Shown here: positions 38,935 to 50,900 of the stretch, piece after piece | How positions within the stretch are numbered: the stretch's first letter is position 1 | Layout of the letters: each line of letters begins with the position of its first letter | From: Raillietiella orientalis | Lineage: Eukaryota | Direction: 5' to 3' | Assembly: GCA_036172245.1 (NCBI GenBank) | Contig: JAYWIR010000041.1 | Coordinates: 124,001 to 188,000 of the forward strand | Length of the DNA stretch: 64,000 nucleotides | Notes under the pieces: generated by a model | Told to the model about the DNA's origin: nothing | Databases searched by the model: none | The model's input: the letters and a program-made list of their open reading frames with translations, nothing else | Translations under genes and position numbers: made by a program

Positions 38935-39700
38935 TGGTCTGTATCTGCACCATCAGAATCTTCCATCTTCTGATTCTTCAAACGGAAATCTCAATATAGC
39001 AGCATTACCTAATAGACGATCTGACTGTTCTCCAGAAACATGCAGACTGGAACAAATTCCCACTTCTCCTTCACGGTCTCCCACAGCATCAACCAACTAT
39101 CTTCACACAGACTTTTCTTTCTCTGTGTCGAATCTTTGAAACGAAAGAGCATATCTGTTGATGGCAGTTGAAGTTTCTATGGCACTCTCATCACAGGCTT
39201 TCATCACATGTTTAAAGCCATAATGAGCTCTACATGGGTCAGTTTTTAACATTAAAAAAAACCGTTCCAGAGCACGTTGCTCGCTAGCTTTGGCATCCAA
39301 TCCAATACTGCTAAATCTTGCAACACTTCTCTCTGAGAATGCTTCAATCCACTGAACGAATCAAGAAGAAGGAACTTGTGTTTGTTTTCCACGAGCACTC
39401 GCAAGTCTGATTTTTTTGCTCGCTGCATCATGCACGCCAAAGGATGGTCCTTAACAAAGCCAGGACTGGCCAACAGCACACAGAGCACCACATCAAGGTC
39501 AAAGTGACGCAAAATGGCTTGCATGACTGCATCATAGAACCGCAATCAAGTCCTATCAATGCTTGATTTGGTGGCACTGCAGGGCACTGAATGGAATCCA
39601 CTTTCTCATGCTGCGAACAACTGTCCTTCCTTTAACCAGGTATGGCCACATCGATTTTGGCCCTGACAGCTGTGGTGCTAGCCGTAACTAGGCACATATC
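38935..39700 (-). pseudogene. pelo: pelota (Dom34) pseudogene, 5'-truncated, with stops and frameshifts
   Basis: Colinear pieces MCLVTASTTAVRAKIDVAIPG*RKDSCSQHEK, RFYDAVMQAILRHFDLDVVLCVLLASPGFVKD...ENKHKFLLLDSFSGLKHSQREVLQD, DAKASEQRALERFFLMLKTDPCRAHYGFKHV...AIET, and SSLHVSGEQ...AAILRFP match the Pelota eRF1_2/eRF1_3 domains across several frames. Confidence 0.93.
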
Positions 39701-40026
39701 CCTCTTTGCAACGGAGTTCTGGGCACCTCTTGCGTGTGTACATTCCTTGAGGCCGAACGTATCGGAACCGATTTCGTTATCGCTGCTACTCGTTCACATG
39801 ATCGCTGCTGCTTTCCTTCTGGTACACCATAATGCAGCTTCCTTTTCCTGTGGATGGGAACAGGACACTCATCAGTATGAGAAGCGTAAGACACGTTAAA
39901 GAGGTCAACGCAACGGCGACAGAAGACATCTGAGTGGGAGAGGAGTCACGAAGCAAATGAGGAAAAACGGAACATCTGCTCATTATGAAAGAAAAAAAGA
40001 GAGAGAGATAAGATCATCCTCCTTTC

Positions 40027-40330
40027 ATGGAAGGAAGTGGAAATTTGGAAGAACGAATGCTGAATTTACATCACGGCTTTTATGGTCTGAACTCCTCTCT
40101 CCTGGATATCGGTAAACAATTTTCGGATTACGTGAATAAATCCAAGGGACATACTCGGTACGAAGAGCACATCCAGAAGGCATGCAAACAGGTCCCTTCC
40201 TTCCTTCCCACGAGCCAAAGTTTCCAACTGCTCCTTCAGCTGGAAAAAGTTTCCGCTGGACACAGAATTCATAATGAGATTATTTGTTTTGCAGAGTGGC
40301 TTTTGGAGGCAATTGGCCCGAAGCCCAGTT
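40027..40330 (+). mobile_element. Possible degenerate Helitron Pif1-like helicase fragment
   Basis: GFYG...LL...GHTR...IQKACK...FQLLLQL...FAEWLLEAIG resembles the Helitron helicase stretch PFGG..LLGGDFRQ...GTR...AC...FAEWLLxIG. The GDFRQ motif is not preserved. Confidence 0.3.
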
Positions 40331-43300
40331 ATCTCCAAAATTCCTATTTGAGAAAAACGTCACATTTGCAGCAGCTGTGAAGGAACTGATCATTCAGGAA
40401 AAGGGAGGCCCGTGAGGAGCGGAAACCCCTTGAACACGTTCAAGATCGAGCTGGGAAATGGTGTGACACTTTGCTATTCTGATCTCAGGAAGAACATATC
40501 GTTTTTCGAGACAGTAGCAGCCAGTCACGTGCTCCTACGGAGAAATAATGTACCCTTTCGAATCTTCAGCCACTTCACCCTACTCTAATTGAATAGGACC
40601 ATCGCCATGCAATGCTTTTAAGCGCCACGTTTGCGGTTCCACTAAAGTTTCACTCATAAGAGGGATGAACTGGAATCAATTCGGAGCAGTCTCGGAGAAA
40701 AAAACGCATTTGAGAATGTAAGTATGATAGAGAAATGAAAATCTGATGGAATCCAGCAGCTAGCATAGATCAGAAAACAAGAGATGAAATAATCCAGATG
40801 CAGAGTATTCATAGAAAGGAGAATGCGGTCCACACAAAGAACAGGCTGCCGCAGATAGCCGCGACTGCAGTCAAGCATCTCACGCTGATGGCATGGCAGC
40901 ATAAGGAAGCGTAGCTGGGAAAGAGTGCCTCGAAAAAGCAAACGATGCGAACGCTTCCTAATGTCCTTCTTGGAGAACGTTGGCAGCTGGAGGATCATCG
41001 TTCGCAAGTTAGCTGGAAGCAGAGTTGCTTGGATTTTTTAAACATTCAGGAGCAGCTTCCGTTTCTGCTCGCAAAATCCATAGCACGTAACGTGCTCATC
41101 GATTACCAGTAAAAGTTTCGTGCATCGATGGCAGGCAACTTTGGCTTAGGGTGATCTGGAAACCCCTTTCCGTGGACTAAGGAAGAAATGGAGGCTGCAT
41201 GGTGCCGCAATGAAGGGAGTGTTTTGAAGTTTTTTTTATCTGTGGATTCCATAGAAAATGAAGTCAGGATGCGGTGCTAACATTACTGTTCAATTTGACC
41301 GTGTCGGGTGCTCTGCCATCCCCGCTATTTCAAACACCCATTTCAGCATCGGAATGAACGGGTTCTCCAGCAGCATCAGGAGCAACCTGCAGGATCGATT
41401 CAAGATGTACAAGGGACTTCGGTCTGGATGGTTTCGGCTCGAGCTCAATCACTGCGAGGGAAAAAAAGAGTATCTGCTACGGGGCACGTGCACTTCCTGA
41501 TGTAGAAATCAACGCGTATGGTAGGCAGTCCGTGCTTCTTCTTCCCACTTCTTGCTCCAGTTCCATCGGTTTCCCATTCACAAATTGTCTGCTCTGAACC
41601 GCTTTGCTTACGCTTCCGATGAATCACCCAGAGCTCACTGGAATCCAGCACTTATAGGGTCTGGAACCTCGAGTCCAACTAAACTGGGCCACCACTCCGG
41701 CACACGTTCTCCAAAAACTCCAAGAATAGGTCCTCCTCCCAGTAGCTCGCAGCTTCGCGACTCTTCCGGTTACTGGTACTGCGAGCCGCATCTTTAAAAT
41801 TGAATCCAAAATGCTTGTGGAGATATTCAGGGGCTTCAGCAGTGTTGATGTCATATGCATAAGATCGATGTGCGCAATTCATGTATTTTTTTGTGTTTTT
41901 TCCTTTGATGGATCTTTAGTTCGCTACCTCGAAAATTTCCAATTTTGCCTCCATAAATTTTCTTCATCAGAGATGCCGTTTTGCGTTTTCTCCAAAAAAT
42001 CTTTGGCTCTTCTCTTCCATACGTACAAGGCATGAAAGAACAAGATTAGAGTTCCACTCGTTTTTTTTTTTTTTTTTTTTTTCATTAAAATTTGACTCCC
42101 GTCATGTCACGGAAGCTTTAAGAGTTTGCAGAACTGTTCAGGGACACAAATCAGCTCGAAAAGACGTTGTGAAGTGGGGGGGGGGGAGAAAGGGGGGCCA
42201 TTCGTTCCGAGTAGTGAGCAATGCGGTTTCATGGTTTCCCTCCTCCCATCCATATTTTTTATTTTTCACAAAGAAAGGACTATTTCACTTTTACGTACGT
42301 GAGAAATTTACTACCGTCCACTGATCACTGTATCTCTAAGCAACGCGCGATAAAGAAAAAAATATATAAAGAATCTTACAAAGATGCTTATAATAAATCA
42401 GAAGGGAGAGAGCATCACGAATGACTTACAGTTTTTGCAGGTGATCGAAGCGTCCCTCCTACTGATGTGATTTTAACTTGTCCATAGGAAGTCACTTGGA
42501 ATCCGTGTCGGAAAGCAGTGTGGTGGGATTTTGGCCACAACCATCTGCACACATCATCTATTAAAACACTGGATGATTCTGTCCACTTTTGAATCTATAG
42601 CTCCATTTTCATCTCCGGGAACATGTACCCGGAAGCACTTTCTGCTTTGCCTAGCCTTATCTGTGTCGAAATGTGACGACGAGACGGGCATCCGTACCGC
42701 TGAGAAACACTAAATCTTCCCTAGAGAACACTGGAACCTTAGAACCGGTCCAGGGGAATGTTTCCCAAACCATCTTTGTAAATATTTGATGCGTGTCTGC
42801 CAAGTCAAGGCGGAAGAGTTAAAGAGTGTTCTCGGCACTTTCGAACTGAAAACGGACAGTTGATTCAGGGTAAACAAAATTACTGCTATCATCACACAGC
42901 AAAATTGATGTAAAACCGTGGAAAGGTAGGCGGATGTGCTCTGGAAAGCATTCTTTCTGTGCTCCTTCTGATCTGGTATCGCTGGAGCAACGCAAAAATC
43001 TTCCTTCCGTTCGATTATAAATCTCTTGCATCCCGCTGTATTATTTCTTGCATTTGCAATGAGACTGCAAAGCGAATTTTTTTTTTTTTCTTTGTTGCTT
43101 GATTCACGCACTTGGTTCTCGTCTACTGCTAGAAATAAATTAGAAGAGAGCGCAATTAGTAATCTCCTTGGTGACCTCTCGAGTATTTACGGACGGAAAA
43201 TTGCATTGCGGAGCACTGAATCTCTGTCGGATGCTACTGAGCACGATTACCGACCCACTTTCGCGAGACGAGCTGCTTCCATAGAAACGGGCTGCGTCGA

Positions 43301-45887
43301 TTAAAAAATCAGGCTGCTTTAGCAAGTAGGTAATTATATTTGCCTGCCTGCTTCTTAATCGCACACTCTGTTGAAGCAGAGTCGCTGCGTGGGTAGAAAA
43401 ACATTTCAAGTGCACCTCAGGGCATCACCATTCCTGAAGAGCAGCTTCGGCAATGCTACTGTGTATAAAGTACCCATTTCGAATCGCCGTGATGGCTGTG
43501 CCCAGAAACCTTTCCGTGAGTGTAACCACACACCTTCAACAAGCTCTGATCATTCCGAAACGACTCCTTTAAAGGCTCGCAGGACGTGCAACTTGGGAAG
43601 TTGCATGCGTTCACTCTCATCAAAACAAAGGGGGAAAAAAAGCAAACGTGCGTGCGTAACATTGTGTGTAACATGATCTCGTCACGGTGCATCTTAAGCT
43701 GGAAACTTGCTCTCGATTCGAGCAGTTTCCTTATACTGAGGCCAAAGAGGTGGTCTAAAAGAGGATCTTCAGAGAACCGCTGGACGCCAAGTGATTAAAA
43801 TGTCCTGAAATGTCCTGCATGCAAGTGTGTCTTATTCATTTATCCAACTTTATGCATTCCTCGAGGACTTCACCATCTGCCTCCTTCGTCATTTCTAAGA
43901 CCCGAAAGCTATGTAATTTTGGTTCGCAGTAGTAGTAGTCTTCTTTTAAAATTTGCCAATTTCGGGCTGGATGATGACTGATCAGGGAGAACCGCGAACC
44001 TATGAGAACTCATCGTTTTGAGTGGCAGAGCTGCAAATTGGTGTTCCTACAAAAACTGCTTTCCTTCGGCCATCGACTCGTCTTTTATACTTCGCCCTCT
44101 CATTCAAACATGCTTCAGTGCCCTGCAATTTAATTTCATTCCCGTGAGGAGGTCGACTAAACCACTCCTGTACCCTTCTCTGCTTTCGGGAATGCTTCTG
44201 AAATTCTTAATCTACGACTCCAAGCGTCGCAAACTGTGAGTTTCGAAGCTTTCACTAAGTGATGTGAGAAGTTGCTGATTCTGTTGCACGGCGGAGGCAC
44301 GACTTTCACGGTGAGTGGTGGTTGTCATCATCAGCGATGCCGAGCAGGGGAAAATGATGTTCGATCCGCAGCCAAGGGTGATTCCTGGAGTTGAATTTTC
44401 CAGTCGTTTCCAGGTGATGTGCGGTTCTTTCGACAAATCCCTCCTTCCCGAGAAAACCCCTTTGTTTTTCTTCCGGAGCGCTTCCAGCATCTCCTCTCCT
44501 TGCTTTTATCAAAGCAAGGGATGCAAAAGTCTCTTCGGGGAAACACTTAAGTTAGCAGTTCGCTGGATGCGTTCTGTGAAGCGCATCGGCTCCATTCCAA
44601 AATAGCTCAAGTAGAGAAGCACCTCTATCGCGAAGAAAATTTATGAAACTATTCCTCACAGCCTCCCCTTCCCGTATGATTTCATGCCGTTTTTCCATCC
44701 GCATGTGTGGAAGCTGCCATGATGTTTTTGAAAAAAGATAAAAGACTACCATGAACAGGGATTATGACGAAAACTGGATCCCAGAAGTTAGCTCTGGAGT
44801 CAATCTGGATTACCGAACAAGCAAAAGAACATGAATATCTAAATCAAGTGCTACAGGGGACACTGCAGCAAAGAAAGCAATTAGTGGCGACTGAGAGATG
44901 CATGCAGCATGATCAGAGGGGTACGGAACCCGAAGAACGGCTCAAAAGTGAGAGCCACACAGCAGTTTTCGGAGAAGTCGCTTTGATAGGCCAGAAAGGG
45001 CGGAACATAACAACCGAGAGAAGAAGAAAATATGGCAGTGTGCGGCGAAACTTGGATGCTGCGAAGAGGAAACATCATCCTCGCCAATTTGTAACAACAC
45101 ACTCAATGGGGGTTGTCCTAGGCATGTTCAATGTATTAAGCCATAGCAAATATCCTACGGTCTTTGTTTTCGTGATTCCAGCATTCATGAATGAAGTCTC
45201 CAGCTCTCAGCAGACATCTTGAGAAAGATGCAACATTCGTCAGGCTTGGCAGCATTACTGATATTCTACAGTACACTCGAAATTCATCGTGTTTTGCTTC
45301 TAATACGGCAGCTCGGCTTGGAAAGAAAACCACCGTAAACTCGCACACGCATTGCGAAAGATTCTTGCAGACTCTTCGTTCTGCAACCATCGTATCCATG
45401 ATGCGTCTTCACCCAGTTTTCAGGTGCTTTAATTTCGTGTAACTCTTATGCCTTTCTTTTTCTGATTCCATTTTTCATTAGTTTCCACTGAATGCAGTCT
45501 TGAATAGTCCAGGAAGCTCATCCAGACTAGCCCTATCCTGAATTGCTTCTCGATGCTCCTGGCAAGCTCGGAGCACCACCCACAAGAAGAATTCAAAGAA
45601 GCGCACTGCCCTTGGTATGAAAGACCCATGTCAACCCCAAGACATTTTAAAGGATACGACTGCACTATGCATTTCACAATGAATTTCTTCATTGAATTAA
45701 ATCAATAATCCTTCTGGAATCCTAAATAAATCTGCACTAAGAAAGGGAAAAAAAAGACAAACTTCTGTCTCAAGAAAGAAAGGAGACTTCTTGAAAGCGT
45801 GTACGATGCCATTTTTAGGCTCTTTCAACAACGGCAACTTCAGAAACAACTTTCAATCGCTGCATGACACGAAAATTCACCTCTCGC

Positions 45888-46261
45888 TCTCTCACCTGCC
45901 GACGAAAGGAAGCATGGCACTTCCCACTCCAGGAACAGCCTGATAAGGGAATGCCCGCGTTCTGCGTTCGATTGCGCCGGACTTGTAACCACTTCCTCAT
46001 CAACAGGAAACCCATGTTTTCTGCCAAGGAGTTGATCCATGCTGCAGTCTCCTTTGCATCCGAGAGACAGTTAGGAAACAGATGGGGATCGATCTTGCCG
46101 TCAGTGCCAGAAAGGGGATGAAGCACATCTCAAGTCATTGCAGGCGACCAGGGTCACGGCTTCCTGATCATGGTGCCTGTCAAGCGGGTGGCGTACAGAC
46201 GATGGGAGATGGTGGCCTGCAGCCAAGAGACACCAGACGTCGAGTCGTGGTCATCATGCTC
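45888..46261 (-). repeat. Interspersed repeat copy 1; encodes a FAR1/MULE-type (WRKY-GCM1) DNA-binding-like segment
   Basis: Near-identical core shared with 59547-59903. Translation SDAKETAAWINSLAENMGFLLMRKW...LSGCSWSGK resembles FAR1 (E.A..FYN.YA...GF..RK...CS.EG). The repeat is certain; the MULE call is tentative. Confidence 0.8.
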
Positions 46262-46599
46262 AAGATATGCTGCTGCAAATCGGAAAACATAACCACTGGA
46301 AAACATAGAGTTCCAGAAGACGCTTAAAAGCTTTCTTTGTGCCTGTGTTTCACAAATGACGGACCAGGGCATACGAGCAACTGACCAAGAGTCTCTTCAC
46401 CATCATGTGTGCATGTTCCCTTCATTTCATCCTCTACTGGAGGCTTTGGTCTCATGAAGGCTTCTTCATCTTTGTCGGTGATGCAACCCGTGTTACACGC
46501 AGATCTCCCTGAAGCATAGTATGCTAGAGCATTTTCATCCTAATAAATTCCATCTATCACTTAGAAATCTTTCGTTCTATTAGTGCTTCGGCGTTTTCC

Positions 46600-46970
46600 A
46601 GAACTCTGATCCTAGAGATCCTACGACCATCCCCCTGACAGAGGCTTGTGCTCCTTCACCGACAAAGTGAAGAGTGAATGTTTTCTACTGGCGCATTGCC
46701 TCCTCTGATGATTCAGAAGGAAATCCGTAGGCCTCTTGACCGGATCTTTTAGTTCGTCGTTTCCCTTGACGCTTTTCTCGTTCCAGATGCAATGTTGAAG
46801 ACTCTTCCCATATAAACTCCTGAACATGAGATAGCGCCCCACCTGGTAAACACAGCTCACTGAAATAAACCGTATCTCTTCCATGAATCTGCAATCTGAG
46901 AGTCTCTGATTTTTATTGATGAAAGGGAAATGCCAGAGTACGACGTTGTTTCTCAAGGAGCAAACCTTTC
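46600..46970 (-). mobile_element. Relic of a Polinton/Maverick (adintovirus-like) protein-primed DNA polymerase B
   Basis: Colinear degenerate motifs GLLLEKQRRTLAF, (frameshift) PFINKNQRL, YLMFRSLYGKSLQ, ELKDPVKRPTDF and KPLSGG..DL, compared with recalled GL.L.KIHR.L.F.Q..WL.PYI..N, KLM.NS.YGK, K.I.KP.F and KP.YVG..ILDLSK. Confidence 0.5.
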
Positions 46971-46989
46971 CTTGATCCAGCCGCCTTTG

Positions 46990-48360
46990 AATGAGAAAAC
47001 GTGTGGACTGTCCTGTGGAACACGTTCGTGGCTCCCCTACTCCGATCCCTGCTTTTTGTTTGCTTTCCTCCCGAGGATGTAAAAAAACGGACCAGGAGAT
47101 TCTGCGAAAAGCCTTCGGGGGAACGCAGAGTTCCTGGTCCGCTTAAAAGACTTGTGAGCGCCGCGTCAGGACGCCCGACTCATCATCCTGACGCTGGGAA
47201 AGATGGAGCCTCAACTCCAGCGTAGAAGATTAGCCCTAGCGGCAAAGTTCTGGACCACTCATTGGTGCGTTCCAGCCAGACTCTTGGCCAAGCGAGCAGC
47301 CGGCGCCGAGGGACTTTTACAAAGGGATCGCCACCGAGAGTGGCCCCGATGAGGGTGTCAACTCCGGCAAATGGTTGTCTTGGTCCAGAAGAACAAGTGG
47401 ATTACCTGCTGCCCCGCCAACTGCAGTGCCTGGGAAACAGGAAACGGCTCAGGAGTGGGAGAAAAAAAACGGCACGAGCCCGGAGCCATCGCGATGCCTG
47501 CGATTCTCGAACTACACCCGCTGCTGGTTCCAGGAAATCATGGACTACCCACGGAAGACCACCTGGGCGCGTGACACCCCATTTGCAGCCACGCTGCACA
47601 CAATCCAAGGTGGACGCGGTGATGGCCTTGCGAGATGGGAAGTATTCTGCGAGATTATGGGAAAAAAGAAGCAGCTGGGATGCTAGACCGTGCATCAACT
47701 GGCGGACTCATGTACCCCTGCCGCCCTCCTCAAATTCGGGAATTCGCCGCTGGACGGAACTCCTGGACATTCCTCCCAAAGAGGCAGAAATACCCCCAGT
47801 GTTTGCGGACAGCTCCACGCTTCCCCCGAAGTAACAGGACTCGGCATTGCAGCTGTCGCACGGGGCGACCTCTTGAAACGCACGAGTCCACCTCTGGGCA
47901 AGAGGGAGTGCGACCCCAGACTGTGCCAGGTGTGGGCAACGGCAAACCTTCCCGCACCTGTTGTTGGATTGCGTTGCCCTCCTGAGCGTCTGGGAACGCT
48001 TCTCTGTGGCCCTCCCACTCCCGATGGACAACGGCAGAGAGATTCTGCAGAGTCTCTTCATGCGCGACTCGATGTCTCCTGCAGCTTCCCTTGCAGCTCT
48101 GTGCTGCCTTCGCGGGATCGTGACGGAAAAGGGACCGCGCCAAAAGAGACCAGTCGGATGCTGAGGCCATCGCAATTGCCTGTTTCTTCATGAGAAAAGC
48201 GACCAAGATGGCCACATCCCTGCCAACAAAAGGAGAAAGCTGCCAAAATCCTCCAGAGGATGCTGAGGATGCGAAGAAATCTGTGATCCTTTGCTTCCCT
48301 TCCAAGCATTTTAAATTGAACTTTTGTGTTTTTCTTTGTTTTTGTTTTCCCCTCCCCCTA
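46990..48360 (+). mobile_element. 5'-truncated, decayed L1/Tx1-clade LINE (ORF2 C-terminal region plus 3' tail)
   Basis: VLWNTFVAPLL...PPEDVKKR (post-RT), RRLALAAKFW, LPPK*QDSALQLSHGA, and the zf-RVT CCHC knuckle PDCARCGQRQTFPHLLLDC..LSVW (47922-47972). Contains in-frame stops. T-rich 3' region at about 48310-48360. Confidence 0.8.
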
Positions 48361-48649
48361 CTCCTTAAGTGAGAACCTCATTGGGAAGCTGCTCACGAGA
48401 AGTAGCTTCTCCAAGGAGGCACCTCCCTTCATAGTAGTGATGAGAAGCCACTAAGAAGGAAGACATTTTATATTTTATATGACTATTTTTTTGTAAATAT
48501 TTTTTTTACAGTGAACGCTTCGGAGACCAAATGAAAATAAATGCGAAAACTCTGAGCTTTGTTGCTCCAGGCCGTGCTCAGAGTGAGGTATTCGGTCAAA
48601 TTCGTTCGCTTCAAACTGCATCTTCAATCCTCAGTCGTGATTCATGGTC

Positions 48650-50900
48650 TATTTTCTTGGACGATCCATCTCACCTTTACTCTTGCAGACGCTTTGCTTT
48701 CTGCATTCCCAAAGTCTACTGACGTTCCTCGGTAATCTTTCCTCGATGGATCATGACAAAATGCTTCCAAATCCTCATCCATCGGTAGTGCACGCACTCC
48801 CTTTTTTGCCACTATCCGTAGTTTTTCTGGATTTTTTCTGGAGAGATGGATCCAGCAAAGTTGACCGTTTAAAACAACAACTGTCAGTAGCGGAATCGTC
48901 GGCCTCGTCAAGTAAATCTCTTCACTGACCAGCACTGATGTAGTCTCTAGGCACCCCTGCTCAGTAGATTCAAGAACTTCCCCATGAGTTGCTTTGTACT
49001 GTAGCTTAGGAACGTATAGTTTGCTTTTCTGGATATTTTCAGGAACCGAAAATGTCCTAGACTGGGTGGAAAGTCTACCTTTTTTTCATGGGGATGATGC
49101 GCTGTTCATTGTGGTCGCCCTTTTGGCCAAAATTTGTTGTGTTGCGGTCTTCAATGAAAATGAATGTCTTCTTGACTCATTTTAAAGTAATTTGTCCCTG
49201 ATCTGCCTGGTGTCGCTGCTTCGAAGTTCAACGCACGCTTGCCAGAATTTTGGAAAGTCCAGCTTCGGTGCGTAGCTCGATGTAGCAACTGGAGGCGTCC
49301 ACGAAGTCTGTTTCCGTTTCTTCCATCAGCCCTTGAACACAATCACAGGTCGGCACGAGGTCCCTGCTATCTTTCGGAGAATCGGCTTGATTTCTAGATT
49401 GAAACACAAAGAACTGAGTAGGCATCCTTGCTTCATTCCTCTGAGGTTTCTTTCTTGCCACTGAGGATCGAAATATTTATAGTCTGTAGGTTGAGATTTT
49501 GCTTGTACTTGGGGCAAGTCTTGTATCATTTCTCCAAAGATTTCTCCCACTTCACCTTCCCACAGGGTACCATTCAACAGCTGTGTGGCACGGTGCCAAA
49601 CGCATCTGCGATCCTGTGAAAGTGCTGCAGATTTGTTTCGATAACCTCCTTGAATCGTCCATTCCCGTCTGTAGCATTTCTTTCGGAGAGACCATCTAGT
49701 GGGAGGAATCCTTTCTGTTGCGGACAAGTGACCTGATTGTCGATGTTCCACTCTCTTCATGTTCTCAAGATTCTCAAGAGTCACCTTATGTAAATGCACT
49801 AGCTTATGTAGTCTCCCGCCGACACCGGTCTGATTCCACTGAATTCTTCTGAGGTTGACGATGGCTTTGGAATGAGGAACCTCTTTTCTTGCTTTCAGCA
49901 TGCTATCTATCTCCTCACCTCGAGGCATACGTTAGAACGGTGGTCAGCGTTTCCGCCTCTTTGTAGCCACCATTGTATGTCATTTCTTGAGGATGAAGTC
50001 CATGTTTTCTGTAGTATTGTGGCTACCTCTTCTGTCCTAAAGGGCGTGAAACTCCCATCACTTTCCATCACTCCTGGCAAGCGTGCGTTGATAAACTGCG
50101 GAGCAACGACACCAGGCAGATCAAAGAAAAACTACTTTACAAATGGGTCTTAAAGGGCGTGACGTCAGCTGGGGAGACGAGAGGGCTTCGCCCAATCTTG
50201 ATATTTTGGCTCGTATCAGATCCATTCCAGCTTTTCGTTCGAAAGCGCTTGCGATGTTCTATTTCTTTCAAAGGAACTTTACACCGAGAAAGTGCTGATC
50301 TGAACAAGGCCATCATCGCCTTCATCTGATTGATCCATTGCGGTTTCTTTCTCTCGTGCTTGCTCACTGAATCTACTGGTTTCTTTCTTGCCATCGTCCG
50401 AGATGGGTTTGCCCCTTCGAAGCCTTTTCTAATAAGTGGAACATCTTCCTCCGCATTTGCCCCCAGAAGAGATCCGTATACTCCTCATCGCATACTTGCT
50501 GGAATTTTCTCTTTCTTGTAAAACTCGTCTCAGAGGTCGGCCATCACCACTGCTCATCCCGGTTTGCTTGTTACCTCTTTTTTTTCAGGCTTTGCTTAAG
50601 CTCGTCTTTGCAATCCTTTCTTCTCGTCGCTTTCCCATGAAACCTCTTGTTTCCTGGGTGGTACTCAAACCATGTAGCTTATGTTCAAGATACTTGGTTC
50701 CTCTGTTGTGGAAGTCTTTGTCCCTCACCTTTGAGAGTCTCTTGATCCCTGTCCTCCTGCTCGATGTTTTTTTCGATCCCTTTCTCTCAGGCTGACATTC
50801 TCAGTCAGTGCTTTTCGCAAGTCGCCTTCACAGCCTCGTCTTGAGATAAGAACACAGAGCTTTCCCAAGCAATCTCATCCTTGGATTCTCGTTGCCTTCA
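48650..50900 (-). mobile_element. Decayed R2-group (RLE-type; NeSL/Utopia-like) non-LTR retrotransposon
   Basis: Frameshifted RT motifs QKGFLPLDG (about 49717-49690), IADAFGTVPH (about 49612-49583) and RGMKQGCLLSSLCFNLEIKPILRKI (about 49442-49370), plus a pre-RT KPQWINQMKA..LFRS.LSR segment. Boundaries are approximate. Confidence 0.8.

Noticed and set aside
44975..45035. KH-domain-like ALIGQKGRNI
   Set aside because: An isolated GxxG-type match with no recognisable remainder of a KH fold.
50840..50860. U2 snRNA-like gataagaaca near the R2-group element
   Set aside because: Only about 10 nt match, which is expected by chance.
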